Part shown: piece by piece, positions 48,585 to 48,768 of the stretch
How the letters are laid out: each line of letters opens with the position of its first letter
How positions within the stretch are numbered: position 1 is the stretch's first letter
Origin: Octopus bimaculoides
Taxonomy: Eukaryota
Reading direction: 5' to 3'
NCBI RefSeq assembly: GCF_001194135.2
Contig: NC_068985.1
Coordinates: 15,483,844-15,532,611, forward strand
DNA: 48,768 nt
The notes under the pieces: generated by a model
What the model saw: only the letters and a program-made list of their open reading frames with translations
Database searches by the model: none
Told to the model about the DNA's origin: nothing
Made by a program: the position numbers and the translations under genes

Positions 48585-48657
48585 GTACTACTAAAGCAGA
48601 GTGGCCCCGATCGCGCAGTCGCGCGTCCGCGCTAGCTAGTCGTGAGTGGTCGATCCT
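48585..48657. mobile_element. Second copy of the GTACTACTAAAGCAG...GTCGATCCT terminal motif
   Basis: Near-identical to 4373-4445. Confidence 0.7.
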
Positions 48658-48768
48658 ATTATTTTTAAACTTCAAACTTCATTTGTTTTCTATTTTGATA
48701 AATTCTCTCTGTTGAAAATTATATTTTTATATTTTAAATAATTTGCAATTTCAGAAAATATATTTTTA

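Overview
Eukaryotic, AT-rich, repeat-dense genomic DNA with six N gaps. The microsatellite and SINE/RTE content suggests an octopus (inference); there are no prokaryotic features or CRISPR arrays. Two convergent protein-coding genes were reconstructed by hand from splice sites and intron phases. (1) A 2-exon DPH6 (diphthine--ammonia ligase fused to RidA/YjgF-like domains, 672 aa) on + at 4104-9204. (2) A 16-exon ALMS1-like centrosomal protein (about 2,940 aa, C-terminal ALMS motif) on - at 43648-12763, with a 4,952-nt giant exon and one exon largely hidden in an assembly gap. Also present: tRNA-Leu(TAG), tRNA-Asp(GTC) followed by two decaying tandem copies, several tRNA-derived SINE families, RTE LINE remnants, hAT-, Tc1/mariner- and piggyBac-like MITEs, and a Merlin/IS1595-like transposase fragment next to a telomere-repeat hairpin element. 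The most notable unexplained signal is a pair of apparently related type I hammerhead ribozyme folds on the + strand (15577-15634, near-canonical; 10550-10669, capping a long hairpin), with more degenerate Penelope-type cores elsewhere. Other leads are a candidate restorative A-to-I site in DPH6 and inverted repeats tightly flanking the ALMS1 giant exon.
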